Positions 1-13,499 of a stretch of DNA of 64,000 bases are shown one piece after another (within the stretch, counting starts at the first letter, position 1; the number at the start of each line of letters is the position of its first letter). This DNA is from Podarcis pityusensis (taxonomy: Eukaryota). The stretch is taken from NCBI GenBank assembly GCA_964106645.2, contig OZ067054.1; one strand, 5' to 3'. Position numbers and translations under genes: made by a program. The notes under the pieces were generated by a model. It worked only from the letters and a program-made list of their open reading frames with translations. It did not search any database and was not told the origin of the DNA.

Positions 1-641
1 TCTAGTCAGTATAGACACTATTTTCTCTCACTGGATAATTCTCAGGTTCAGGTGCAGTCCACCTTAGAACATGTGGCATTCTAGAAGCACAAGCCCAGCA
101 GATGGGAGGCAACATATGTCTCAGTTCACCAGACTTACACTCTACCTCTTTTTTATTTGTCTCACTGGTGGTAGTGAAGATATAGGTCAGACTTTGCTGG
201 GGACAGGATGCCTACCCCTCACCCCTGCCTCCTCATCTGCCTATTTGGGCTTCTTTGATGCAGCATGGATCTTGTCCTTTGGGTGTGCAGTCTTCCAGGC
301 AAGAGGAGGGTGCATTTACAGAAATCTAGATGAATCCCTTAAAGCATCTTGGTCTTTTGCTGGCTTCCCACTAACTAGGATTTTTCTGACTGGTGACAAT
401 AACTAAATATTATGTTTGCGAAATTCTTGGCAAGTAATTTCCCTAGGATTGTACCTAATAATCATTGTACTATTTCCACTTCTCCCCCGCCCCCACTTCA
501 CATATGTTATGTCTCCTCACTCCTGAAACAAACGCCTATAATTAATACTGATCATGGTTTTATTTTGTTTCATCAATATTACTAGATATTGTATTATACC
601 AGATTGTATTATATGTTCAAAAAACATAGTCCTCTGCACAT

Positions 642-781
642 GTACCTGTGGGTTCTTAGTCTCTTGTATAGTGTCACCCATCATTGTGAATATGAAAGTT
701 TGGATAGTTTGTAGGCAATCCAAAGTTTCATATTCACAATGATGGGTGACACTGTACAAGAGACTAAGAACCCACAGGTAC
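642..781. repeat. Near-perfect inverted repeat (64-bp arms, 12-nt spacer)
   Basis: 642-705 is the reverse complement of 718-781 with 2 differences. Confidence 0.9.
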
Positions 782-928
782 CTGGGTAGTCTTGGGCAAG
801 CTAGTAATTTGTGCATTACATTCCTATGTCTACTTGGAAGTAAGTTCTAATGTATTCATTGTTTCTTATTCCCAGGATTCAGATTCCCATGCATAGTATG
901 CAGAACATGCATAGGAGATAGATGCATG

Positions 929-933
929 CACAC

Positions 934-967
<34 letters not shown>
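929..967. repeat. (CA)n microsatellite
   Basis: direct reading. Confidence 0.9.
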
Positions 968-969
<2 letters not shown>

Positions 970-997
970 CAATATATCACAAATCACAATGTGTGCA

Positions 998-1346
998 AGG
1001 GCTAGGCAATATCTGCTTTTTAACATCGTAATAATTCACCAGCTAAACACTGCAATGTTATCAGCAGCTAAACCTCACAATATCACCACCTAAACAATGT
1101 TATTACCAGCTAAACATTGCAATATACCACAATGTTGGAAATAAGGATGGAACTATACGGAGGCAAACAGGACAATGTTCTGGCAACTGCTACTACCTAG
1201 GGGTCTAAAATGGATAAATGACAATACTGCCAGTCATCGCACACTCAGTTTCATCAGCAGGCAAGCAGATACTGTGATATATTGATATATTGTGATGTTT
1301 AGCTGGTGATATATCACAATATTGAAAACCACTTATCGCCTACCCT
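998..1346. mobile_element. Degenerate non-autonomous DNA transposon (hAT-like, AGGGCTRGGCRATA termini)
   Basis: agggctaggcaatatc...tatcgcctaccct inverted ends; subterminal cagctaaac repeats mirrored by gtttagctg. Confidence 0.6.
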
Positions 1347-3027
1347 CTCCTTCCCTCTTCCTCTCTCTCCCCCCCCCCCTCACAATCGACCACCTGAAAG
1401 AAGCTCATGGGCCTGAATTTTAGATCACTAACTTTTATAGTCAGTTAGATTTTTACTGTTTTAGAATGTTTTGCAGTAACATTTCATCCTCTGATTGTCT
1501 GTTAATTTTTAAACACCCCCTCTCCCGTTTTTCTAATTGAAAACATTCTTTTATTGCCCAGGAAACAAGTTGCTTCAACATTTTTTGAGAGATGCGAATT
1601 ATTGTTGTTTCTTTACTGTCATGGTGCTTCATTGCAGTAAAGAACTTTAAAAGAGAAACTAAAATAAAGTGATTCCTAATTGTAGTAGAGCCTCTAGTCC
1701 TAGTGTCCTAATTTAGTAAATTTCTAGAAAAGCCAGATTAGCAGAAATTCCTAAACTTCAGCGATCTCTTAACCTGATTTGTTTTAATGTTAATTGATCC
1801 CTATGGAAAATATTTTTGCTTTGTTTAGGCACTTCTTTCCTCCAGTAAAATAAAAAACAAAACAAAACTTCTTGTTACATTTAAAAGAGTCTGGTCCAAC
1901 TGTATTTTGGTAGAGAAGAGGAAGTGCATATAAAATGCATCTCTTGAATACTTTTTTATGGCAACACGCCTATTCTATTGTTTACAATTTTCTTGAGTAA
2001 CCCATTATTTTAATGATTGTTTTGTACTACTTTTAATGTTTCTAATGCTTTAATATTGCTGTAAATCACCCTGTTATTTTTTTGAGAAAGCAGTATATAC
2101 GTACCTTTATAAATAAATGTATTGGTGGTCCGCAGACTTTGAGCTACAGTTGTAAAAGGAGTTGAAAGACTTGAGACTGAGTTTGGGTGAGCAAAAGAAG
2201 ATGGGCAAAGGGAACTATACTTGTACAGAAAGTGCTTTGAATCCTGGCCTATGTATTTGTGTAGGGAAACCCTTCCAGTAGCGATACATTGTCACACTTC
2301 TGGTTTTATTTTTCATATAAATTTGTTACATGTTCTCTAGGAATTATCTGTGTATTCCTCCAAACCAACAAGTATGGCCAGAATTAGTGGACCTGATATT
2401 TACACCATGAACAAGACTTAACTGCACATATATATATATCAATATCTGCAGGATTGTACTCTAAAGCGGAGGGACTGTAGGAAGAAAATATAAAGTTGAA
2501 TACAAACCATCAAGTTTAAATTTGAAAAACATTGCTTTTTTAGATTTAAAAACTACAATGACATTAGGAAATGTGAATGATAAAACTAAACAATGAAAAC
2601 ACTTTTAATATATTCTTCTGGTCATAAATGTAGGGGTGTATAATGAGTTTCTGTTCTTAACGTAACCTTTTTATTACACAACATTGTTTTGTCATGAAAC
2701 AGAAGGTAGCAGATCTTGACATATTTATATGTATAGCTTTTTGTTCAAAGTAGTTAAGCTTTTCATAAGTTAGTAATAATACTGTTCTAAAGACCAAATG
2801 AATAGTATGGTTTCAATCTGTAACTTCTCAGTATCAACTGGTCCTGATCCAATTATCAGTATAGTTTGATTTAGCTAGTGTGAAGTATTTATTTATTTAT
2901 ATTTATTTTATATCAGTCTATATCTATCTCCAGGTTATATATTGATGCAATTCTTTATATTTTAAGATACAAACTTTTGAAGTAACATCTGCTGATTGCT
3001 TTCCTCCCTGGGTTTTGTTTTGGATAG

Positions 3028-3270
3028 CTTGAAGATGGACACACCTTATTTGATTATAATGTGGGACTGAATGATATAGTTCAGCTTTTGATACGCTCAG
3101 AATCTGATGCTCCTGCTTCTCCATCAACGAATGAAGATGGAAATCCCAGTTCCTGTGGAGTTGTGAACTGTAAGAACAAAGCCAAGCAAGGAGCAAACAG
3201 TGGATCATCTAATCAGCCATCTACGTCAGCACGTTCGTTTCTTATTGATCCTGGCATTGGACGATACAAG
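3028..3270 (+). CDS. UHRF2: UHRF2 exon 2 (UBL C-terminal half + linker)
   Basis: tag|CTT..AAG|gtattt; LEDGHTLFDYNVGLNDIVQLLIR...LIDPGIGRYK. Confidence 0.93.
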
Positions 3271-3467
3271 GTATTTGTATTTTTGTAAATTTTGGACTGT
3301 ATAATTGTACATATAAATTTTACTCTCATGACTATTGTGAAGTAAAAAATGTTAAGTAAAGTTTGAGGTTTGTATATTGGATTTCTGTCTAAATTTAGTT
3401 GCCCCTCTTTCCAGGGGGATAAATCCCCACCCCACCCCAAGCCATTTGAAGGAATCATCCTCTACTC

Positions 3468-3599
3468 CAGTGATGGCCAAACTTGGCCCTCCAGCTGTTT
3501 TGGGACTACAACTCCCATCATCCCTAACAGGATCAGTGGTCAGGGATGATGGGAATTGTAGTCCCAAAACAGCTGGAGGACCAAGTTTGTCCATCACTA
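3468..3599. mobile_element. Palindromic hAT MITE
   Basis: fully self-complementary; 8-bp TSD CTCTACTC. Confidence 0.88.
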
Positions 3600-4308
3600 C
3601 TCTACTCCATACAAGTTAATGGTGAGAGTGAACAAGAGACTGTAGCCCTAAAAATAGCTGGTGGTGGGATAGCACTGCCCCTGGGACTCTAGGAGCAACA
3701 GTATCCTTGCTGGAGGAATAAGATTTCCTCCCCACTTTTGGAGTTGAACTGTTTATCTTCAATTTCCAGGGGCTGGTTTGACAGTTCAAATGGCTTCATG
3801 AGCCTGATGTGCACCATAGCTTTCCTGCCACTGGTCTACATGAAACTCCTCTGCTGTAAGCACAAATTCACTGTAATGGTTTTAGGAAATTTCAGATGTA
3901 ATAAAGCCTAAAACTCAATGGATTCATTGAATCTAGAATTTATTTTCAAGTTATTTGATGGGATAAAACTTGGAAGTGCCCTCTTCCCTTAAAGTCATGA
4001 AAAAGCTGGTATCTAGGAATTTTGAAGCCATGGAAAATGTTCATTTTTCTAGGTTTTTTCCCTAGGCAAAATGATTTTTTGGGAAAATGGAAAAACATGC
4101 AGTACCTTTTTTAGTCCTCCTTTCATTTTTAGAAACATAAAACGTATTATGTATATCTTGGGTTGTCGTTCAATTATCATGTTTGATACCTTAAAATAGT
4201 GTTTATTCAGTCAATTCCAAATTGAATATCTACTTTTTAAATGTTTTATTACAAATGAAGCTAAGCTACTGAACTGTAAGGAATTTAGCATCTCTTTCAT
4301 TTTTCCAG

Positions 4309-4696
4309 TTTATGAGGAGCAGGCAGAAAACAATAAAAACAGGAGAAACCACCTGTCAGGGAGAGGCAAACGGGAAAAGATGAAAGGACAGAAACCAGCA
4401 GTTATAGAGAGCCTAAAGAGATTATCAGCAGCTTGTCGTCTGACGTAGAGGGGGAGGAGGATGAGCCTGGGACAATACACAGAGGAAGTAAGGGGAGGAG
4501 TTTTCGCAGACTTGCATGCTGGGTGCGGAAAAGGAGGAAGTAACATTAGAGGGAGCAACTGCGCACAAGGGGAAGGAGGTTAATGGAAACACTGGAGATG
4601 TACGTTTGAACTTTGTCAAATAAATCAATTGTTTGGAACTGGCTGGGAGCCCGGAGTCTTATCTATGGCCAGCTGGACAGCACTAAGCCTCTGACA
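4309..4696 (+). mobile_element. Probable solo LTR
   Basis: Purine-rich 388-bp block ending in TGACA, AATAAA at 4619, imperfect 4-bp flanks ccag/ccac; 5' TG not intact. Confidence 0.4.
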
Positions 4697-4906
4697 CCAC
4701 CAACATTATAGTAAGAAAATTACTGTGTATTCTGAAAATTATCCTGAGTTGTGTTCAGCACTCAGGGAAGACTCATTGACATTAATGAATCTAAGTTATT
4801 CATATGTATTAATATCAGTGGGGCTACTCTGTGCAGGATGACTCTTGAATGGTACCCTATGTCTCCTTAAGTGCTCCCAAAGTGTCAAGTAGATATAAAG
4901 TATTTA

Positions 4907-5071
4907 CTGTATTTTTCCATATAGAAGACTAGGGTTTTTTCCTAAAAAATAATGTCAAAAATTAGGGGCGTCTTATACTCTGGGCCATCTTCCCTCATTT
5001 TCTTAAATCTGAGTCCCCCAAAATAGGGGGCGTCTTATACATGGGGGCATATTATAGACAAAAAAATATGA
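4907..5071. mobile_element. Tc1/mariner-superfamily (pogo/Tc2-like) MITE, degenerate
   Basis: TA|ctgtatttttcc...aaaaaatatga|TA; internal ggggcgtcttatac repeats. Confidence 0.65.
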
Positions 5072-8000
5072 TATTTTCATAAGCAAGCTGTGAAAAAGGG
5101 GTGAGTAAACCAAGACTCAATGAATACTGCATGAAATTTAATCAGTCTTATTTTCTGAGTTACCAATATCAGTTTCTGTTTCTTCATATATATCATGGAG
5201 TTCCGTGTTATTCTGACAGGCTAATACCCCTCTTTAACATTTTTGATTGATTTTTTTTGTGATAATTTAGTGAACTTTACTGGCAGAATTATAGAGTCTT
5301 ATTTTGGGGTGAAAAGCTTTGCCAGTCATTTGTGACTATGTTCCTGGTCTGGGTTCAGATTCTGTCCATTTTAAATATTTTTATTTTTATTTTTTAATGC
5401 TGAACAGCATTAGTTGTATACATTACATGTTTTTAAGTGTCCAAAAGACCTGGGATTAGCATATTTAGCATTTATTTTGTTTTCTTGGTACCACACTCCT
5501 GGAAGCAATGTGGAGCACAACAAAGGTGCTTTATAGTGTAACATTCTTTTTATATTATGACTGCACCTTATTTTTGATAATGTTATATCATTTCTCTTCT
5601 GTTTCAGAAGCATGCAAATTGAGTTTTCTTACACAATTTTACAGACTGTACTGCAAGTGAGCTTATGTACTGGTTTGATTGGGCTGAAAATGTACAAGCC
5701 TTTTCACATGCCTCATTTAATATTCAGTTACCATAGAAATTTGCTGATACTGAACTACATACTGCTGCAGCTGGAATTCAGGCTTTGTTAATCGTTCAGT
5801 TCCTGGGCGCCTGTTACCAGGGCTCACACGTTGAACGTAATGGCTCACCTAAGGCCATAAATATACTGAGAGCTATGCCAAAATAGCCCTGTTTTCTCCT
5901 TTAATTTGAGGTTCCGTGATCTAGTTTCTGGCTTGTGGGCTAGACCCACCCCTTAAGATCCCAACTCGCTCACTTACCTGTTTTTCTGTCCCTGCAACAG
6001 TGGGGTTAAGGAAACTGGACACTGGGACAGCTGTAACCATACTCAGAAGGAACATGGTACAGGAGCATACAGACATGGAAATTCTGTTCTTGGTGGTAGT
6101 GTGGCTTTAACAGGAAGCCACAAGACTGCTAATGAAAACATAGTTTAGCTATGTGTAGTTAAGTATTATTCTGCTGGGTTTGAGTCATTAAGACCTTTCA
6201 TGGTCTTGATGCCTTCTCTGTCCTCTTGGATCAATAGTTCAGTTATCCTGTCAGCTTCCTCCTTTCTAGCAGTACTGCCTCCCTCAAGTTTTCCTCCAAT
6301 CCTCTCCTTTCATCAACTTTGTTCCTCACTGGTTTTTTCTGTAGGCCTTTTGTTGAAGTGAGACTAAGCTTAAATCATGGGTACTTTATGGGCCCATAGG
6401 CTCATTTGGAAAACTAATAAAGCTTTGTGGGCACCAAAAGAACCCATTTCACAGAAGAAAAACTAGTGATGTGCAGACACCCAAAACAAATCAGTCAAAA
6501 AAGCAACCCTCTACCCGGAAAAGCAGGTATGCTCCAACCAAACAATAAAAAGTGTTGCTGTTGTCCCTCGCTTCCAAAAGAAGGGAGTCTTGCTGGGCAC
6601 CAAGAGGATTGTCTGAGGGTGCCATGGTACCTGTGAGCATCAAGATGGGAACTCAAGGTTTAGACCACTCAATTTTCAAAATGACTGTTTCCTATTTCCC
6701 TCTTTAGAATAGTGAAGCAAAACTGTCTGATGAGTTGGTGGCTTTCAGTGTAGTGAAGGATCATATAAATAGATATGGGTTGGCCGTTTAAACTGTAGTT
6801 ATAGTCTGTTTGATGTGCACAGCTAAATGTAACATTCCAGTTAATATGAAAAAAATAATGCTACTGTAGTTGCAGTAGATTTTATTTGCCAAAGCAGAGA
6901 GAAAACTAAATATACTTTAGTCAAGGGGTAAGCGCTGCCATCACCCCTGACCATTGAGCATACTGGCTAGGTAGTTGTATTCCAAAACATCTGAAAGGAA
7001 GCCATGTTGGCTACTCCTGATTTTGGCAGGTTCCCTTATGCAAGACAGAGGCAAGCTGCCATCTGCACTCCTCCATGGTGTCCTCCTGAACCAATTGGGA
7101 ATTGGGGGCACTGTATTTCTGTACTTACAGTTCTACAGCGGTTACAGCTCTACCTAGGGGACAGAGTCCAGAGAGTAGCACTGGGAGAGTGCTTTTTGAC
7201 TTCCTATTGGTTGCACTAAGGTGACGCTGGGCACTATTCTATATTCAGTTCTGTTTGCTGAATTTTATATAAATATAATTGGATATAAATATGTAAATAA
7301 GCAGTTAGATATAAATACATGCAAATGTGCAGTGGGTTGTGAGCATTGACATCATTAGGAAAAGTATAGGTGTTTTAGCAGATGAAATAAAATGTATCTT
7401 AAAGAATGTAGGTGATGTGTTCTTTTTCATTGGAGAGAGGAGAAGTTCTTGGCCATCGAGGAAAGTATGTTGGGCTTTTGTTTTTAGTGAAAAAAGGAAG
7501 AAGTGAAATAGTCCATAAAGTGCTGGGTTTTGTTGTTAAGGGCAGGAGGGATTGTGGTAGCTTTAAAAAGCATGTTAGTGGGAAACGCAGCCCTAAAGAA
7601 TTGTAGGTGCATTAATTACACTAAGCATTTAAAAAACAAATAAATCACAAAATAGCATAGGCATGGAGGGAGTTGTTTTATGCATCAGCAGTGACCACAG
7701 AGTTACTGGTTGATTAATTCCTGTGGCCTTTTTCTTGCAACCATTGCTAACCCAATGCCCAAAGTATTGTAGTAAAAGTGCTAGTTTGGAGAAAAAACAC
7801 ATTTCCAAGAGCTAACACATTGAGTTCTGTGATGTGATTTTCACTCCTCAGAAGTGCTTCCTAGGAACAATACATTTGAATTCTGCACAACAAATGAATA
7901 ACTGCATTTATTGTTTCATAAGAGATAATTTGGAAAGGTTAAGTTGTGTACTGTTAGAGTATATGCAAAAATAATAAGCACAAAATCACCTTTTCATTGG

Positions 8001-8423
8001 CAAAGCTGAATTATTTCATTGGAGGATGGTTTGTAAATGGATGAGCAAAGAACAGTTTTCAGAGTTAAAGGATTTCATTATTATTGTGGAGAAGGAAATG
8101 TCTAGAGAAAATGAAGAAAGCAGTAAAATACAGGAAAAGCAGGAATAAACAAAGGTTAGGAAGCTTCTGTAACCTTAGTGATTGTGAATAGTTATGTGAA
8201 GGAGAGAATAGTAATTTAAAACAAGAGCTGCTCTGTTCACATCTGTAGTTTATTTGTGTTGAAATGATTTTCTGACAAAATGTAGAATATTTTGTTTAGT
8301 TTTAAGAATGTGAAGGTAGAGTGAATTTAACTAATGCAGTTGCATTGTAGTTGGGGATCCACAGCATTATTAATTCTGTACTTTTTCGGCATAACATTCA
8401 CTAAATGTCAAATTTATTTTTAG

Positions 8424-8686
8424 ATAAATGAACTTGTGGATGCCCGAGATGTTACTATTGGATCCTGGTTTGAAGCTCATATACAAAATGTAACTCAAGC
8501 AACAAAAGGACATAAAAATGGAAAAGCACAAGGGAAGAGTGGCAGTAATTACAAAAGGACTAATGGAAACTTAAACCAAGATCACTCTAGAGAAAATGCA
8601 AATAATTTGGACAATGCACCTTCTACATCTTACTCAGATTATATGGACACTGATGAAGATACTGTTTATCATATCAAGTATGATGA
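8424..8686 (+). CDS. UHRF2: UHRF2 exon 3 (tandem Tudor N-part with insertion)
   Basis: tag|ATA..GA|gtaagt; INELVDARDVTIGSWFEAHI...YHIKYDE. Confidence 0.93.
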
Positions 8687-9310
8687 GTAAGTGCTGCTGA
8701 TATTATTATGAGGACACCATGTGCATTTATATGGTTGGTATAAGATAAGAATTTTCACAAGAAATTGAAATCCTTAAGAAAACAAGTTCACATTCCAAGT
8801 TCAAAAGAAACAGGATTTTACAAACCACAAAACATTTCTGTTTGATATAATGCATTTCCTGGGAGCAGCAGGATTTATTTTGGGAGTTTGGCTGAAATAC
8901 TAACTGTAGTTCCTTTGAGAAACCCAGACTTTCGCAGGATGTGAATCCATAAATTAGCCTTGCAACAGTATTTTATAGTACTTTGTATATACAGTCAGAG
9001 CATAACTCTTAAAAAATTATCTGGAATTACTAAACAAAACTGAATAGGTTTACTATTAATAAGTGAAGAAATATATAGGAATACAGTTTTGTCAGTACAT
9101 TATTTACTTAAACCCTGTTAGCTTTTCCTGTAGGAAGTATTTTGGAGAGACAGATGAGCTCACTGTTAACTGCTTATTGATGTGAAGAGCATAGTAATGG
9201 GGTCTCAACCCATCTTCCAGAGTAGGACAAACACCAAATCCCTTAGCCACAACTCACTAAATATACACACACAGACCTTTGGCCAACTGGAAGTATGTGT
9301 TTTAATTGGC

Positions 9311-9314
<4 letters not shown>

Positions 9315-9348
<34 letters not shown>
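9315..9348. repeat. (TG)n microsatellite
   Basis: direct reading. Confidence 0.9.
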
Positions 9349-9350
<2 letters not shown>

Positions 9351-9717
9351 GTGGGGATATTTTGCTTCCACTCCTTGATCCCTGGTTATCCTGATTCAAA
9401 ATGACTCAGTAACTGTGTGGCCTTGGTCATGTTTCTGTCAAAATCCAATGCACATCTTCAGCCTGAACAGGATCTGACTCCTGTAGATAAAAGGATATTG
9501 TTGTGAGATGATTAATTTGTTTCTTTTACATATTTTGCATGAAGGCATGTTTTGTGTTGTCAAGAGGGAGAAAGAAATATTTAATATATTACTGTTGTTG
9601 TTGTTGTTATTAAAGTTTGTATACTGCCCTTTATCTGTAGATCTCAGGGTGGTTCACAACATAAAATTACAATGTGTTACGGTTGTTGTGTTGTAAAAAT
9701 ACAAGCATATAATAATA

Positions 9718-9958
9718 CAGTGGTACCTCGGGTTACATACGCTTCAGGTTACATACGCATCAGGTTACACACTCCGCTAACCTAGAAATAGTGCTTCAGG
9801 TTAAGAACTTTGCTTCAAGTTAAGAACAGAAATTGGGCTCCGGCGGCACGGCGGCAGCAGGAGGCCCCATTAGCTAAAGTGGTGCTTAAGGTATGAACAG
9901 TTTCAGGTTAAGTACGGACCTCCGGAACGAATTAAGTACTTAAGCCAAGGTACCACTG
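9718..9958. mobile_element. Tigger/pogo-like MITE
   Basis: TA|CAGTGGTACCTCGG...CCAAGGTACCACTG|TA. Confidence 0.88.
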
Positions 9959-10741
9959 TATTCTAGTATTAGCAGTAGGTAGGGGACCTGCTGCCTGTGC
10001 TGAGATCTCAATTCGGTTGTTTTTAATCTTATATGGCCAGTGTTATCTTTCTGCAGTTAACCTAATACAGATGTTATAGGGTACCTAACAATATCAGCTA
10101 TTTGTACGTTCATAATTGAAAATGAAATACTGGGCTCTTCATTTGATAATGAACATCGGCTTTAGTACAGTACTTTCTGTTTTGTAAGGGAGTAGGCCAA
10201 GATGCATGTGTGTAACTTGAGTCTAATTCATATTTCTTAATCGATTAAGGAAGTAGCATCGGAATAAACCCTTTGTGTGGACAAAGGGTCTATTCAGGTG
10301 CCACTTTCTTAAGCTGGTTAAGAAACTATTTTTTCAGGTATTGCCCGTGAAGTTCATCTTCAGATGGTACATTTTGCATAGACTGAATGGGCTGCTTTTG
10401 CACATCATGTCAAACCTTAGTTTAGTAAGATCTGCTCATGTAGGAACAAGTTCCTGTCTCCCTGATGGCTTGTTTTAACCCATCATTGTTAAGATTAATT
10501 TTGGTTATGCATCTGGATGATGTAATAAGTTGTTCTTAATCAAAAGTGGAAGTGAAATCTTGGCTGTGTGGAAAGAGGGGAGCTAATCAATCTCAGACTG
10601 CAGCTCATTCCTGCTCATGCGTAGTGCCGTAAACTGTGATTTGGCTTGATGTGCAGATGCAAGCCTAGTGTAGGTGAATATTTTATTTTTGTTGCTTGGG
10701 GCTCTTTTGCTTCAGTTTTCACTGAGCCTATAACATAACAT

Positions 10742-13400
10742 ATGTCTTATTTAAAATGCCACACTTGTAGAGTGAAAGTCCTTGTACTGGTTTGACATAT
10801 TGCTTGATTTGCCTCTTTGAGGAGCACTGAGGGGATGCTTGTCTTGCTTGTACTTCATTAGGGCTTTGGGTATGGGGGGGTAGTGCTGGCACCTACTTTT
10901 GCTGATAACCCTGTGGATCCGTGAACCAAGATTGGTCCCTATTTCCATGCTGGGAACCGTGGACACAGATCAGACTCCTCCATTGCACTGTGTTTTGCAC
11001 TGTTTTTGAAGGGTTCAGTTTTGAAGTGTTCCTCATAAGTGGCTTCCAAGTTGTTCGGAAACAGGTACTGAAAACACTCTTAGGTTTGCCAGCCTCTGAT
11101 CCCCCGTGCCTCCAAGAAAAGGAAGTAGCACCATGCTGATTTATTGTCTTCACCTAACGATTAGGGATGGAGCCTTGGTTTCTAGCATTCCTGTGCTAAG
11201 TGCTTCTTAACTGGCTTCAGTGTTGGTTTAAGTTTTGTATGTGATTGCATGTGTGCTGTTACTAGTAGAATCTATTAGACAGGGTGGATTGGGTTGGACA
11301 ATACGCAGCTTTCCATTAGCAGTGTCAAAAGCCAGAATAAACACAGCTCAGCTGTAATTGCTTACCTACCGTCTTCTTGAACTTACCTAAAAAACAAGGA
11401 AAAACAAAAACTGAGTCAAGAAGTTGTAAGAACTTAGTAAAATCTGACACTGCAAGTTCACTTTATTTTAGATAGCTTCTAAGTTTTCATGGCACTTTGT
11501 AAGTAGTTGTCTTATTCTCACAAATCTGATAAAGGGTGAAAAATTGTTTTTGGACAAGAATATTAATTGTGTGAATAATTGTCGCCTATGTGCTGTATGG
11601 GTTGCACAATCATCATTAACGGCACAAGTTGTATTTCTTCAGCAGCGACTGTAATTGCTAAGCGGAGCCATATTTCTCATAAGAATGACAGAGAGACTGG
11701 ACTAAGAAGCTGTTTTGGTTCCTGTGATGCAATGCTGATAGTTACAGCTATCCTTATCTCTGTTGAAGGATCCTTGACAATCTCTTTCTAGCCATATTTC
11801 CATGATCTTTCTGGGCACAGACATGCTCACTTTCATGAGCCACAACTCTTGGTCATACTAGCATCTTAATAGCTCATACTCAACATTGTCAGACTGAACC
11901 TTGGAGCCTTCAGTGGAGCATGTTGTAGGGATCCCAATCCTACCTCTTTGTATGAAGATCGCTTTCATATGAAATAAGTGCAGAGAATGGCCCAATATCT
12001 GGGATTGAAATACACACTTCCTCAGGTGAATGTTACTAGCTATACTTTTAATAGCTAAAAATTCCTGAAACAAGCTCTTGTTCATTTCATAGTACTTGGA
12101 AAGCAGTTTTAGTGAAGGGGCTGCTGCTTTCGTTTTAACCACTTGGCTATCGACTCACTTGCTGAGGCATACCAACATGGAGGGAAGCTAGGTTTTCTGG
12201 ATAGAAAATTAGTCTACAATTTTCTTATCTTTGTGAAGGCTAGGTACCAATGCTTTCAATGGGACAACCCCATGCTTTATCTTGATCACACTCCAGATGA
12301 CAAGAAAAATCTGGCTCATGTGTTTCAGGCTGATGCACTTCACTTTACTAAGGAACAAACACTACATGTTACAATGATGATTGGGATTCAAAGGATGTGG
12401 TGAGTACTATTGCTGTTTGCCAATAAGCCAAGTCTTACTCTACTTCACTGCTTCCATAGAGTATGGCCAGCACAGAGCACCTGTCCCTTAGTGAAGTTTG
12501 TTTTAGTATCTAGAAGGATGGTAGCTTAGAAGGACTCAAGGGGGCCAAAATTACAGCTTGGTTTCTTGAAATCTCACCCCAGTCTACCTATTCATCTAAT
12601 ACCATTCATGGCATTGCTCTCTGGAAACTATCGTCTTCTATATCTTCTACTGGAGAATATGCACCATGAAATTCTACACTGATGCACTGCATCAGAATTA
12701 TTGGTGCTCTCAACCAGAGTTTTCAGCTAGTACAAGGACAATTGGATGGCTATATAAATGAACCCTTTGGCTGCTGTTTCTCTTCACCTCACCATCTTGT
12801 TCAGCCTTCAGTAAACCCCCAACAGATATTGTCTGTACTCTCCCTGTATCCTCCCTCTTTAGGAAGAAGTTGATAAAGAGGAAAGTGGAGCAATTGAGGT
12901 TCAAGTATCTCAAAGTCATCTAAGCTCTACTTTTCTATACTTTAACATGCCAGAGAAGAACAGAAGACTTTGACAGAACCTTAAATTTTGTGGTGTCAAC
13001 TTCTTTATAAGAAAGTCCCAAGAAATTCCAGATGATCCATGTTTGCATAAATTCTTCCCTGCCTCACAGATAGTTTGGATTTTGTGTATAGATCTAAATT
13101 TCTGTATTTCCGTTGAACGGCAACACACCTCCAGTTTGCAAACAGACCGGTTCCTTTTCAATACTGAGTTTTAGCTTTCAGCTTTCCCACCAAATCAAGG
13201 GTATATCCTAATTTATCACCCTCATTGTAGCTTACTGTGATTGTGGATGGATTATGGTCTTGAATTCTGCAAGCAATTGGTTTCCAGTAGGAAATTGTGC
13301 AACAATGAGGAACTACATTCCATAGTCACTTTGTTAACACAGGGAGAAAAATATCATTCATATCAAATCACTTTTTTTACATTCATGAAGGCTGCCATTG
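10742..13400 (+). mobile_element. Heavily decayed DIRS-type retrotransposon (gag Zn-finger + RT remnants)
   Basis: 10742: MSYLKCHTC, then after a frameshift CLICLFEEH*GDACLACTS (gag-like Cys/His motif). About 12887-13210: GAIEV, YFNMPEKNRRL*QNLKFCGVNFFI and FQY*VLAFSFPTKSRVY, resembling DIRS RT YFLVPKKDGGLRPILDLRxLN and YQYRVLPFGLSTAPRVF. Confidence 0.6.
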
Positions 13401-13499
13401 TACTTAGAGGCATTTGTGTAAATATACGTGGTGATTACTCAAAGAATCTACAGTGAAATTTCAGATTCAGTGGTGTAAGGCAGATATAATAAATCACTT

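Noticed and set aside
5812-6000. Second solo LTR (TGTTA...AACA)
   Set aside because: No matching TSD and no clear poly(A) signal; not supportable.
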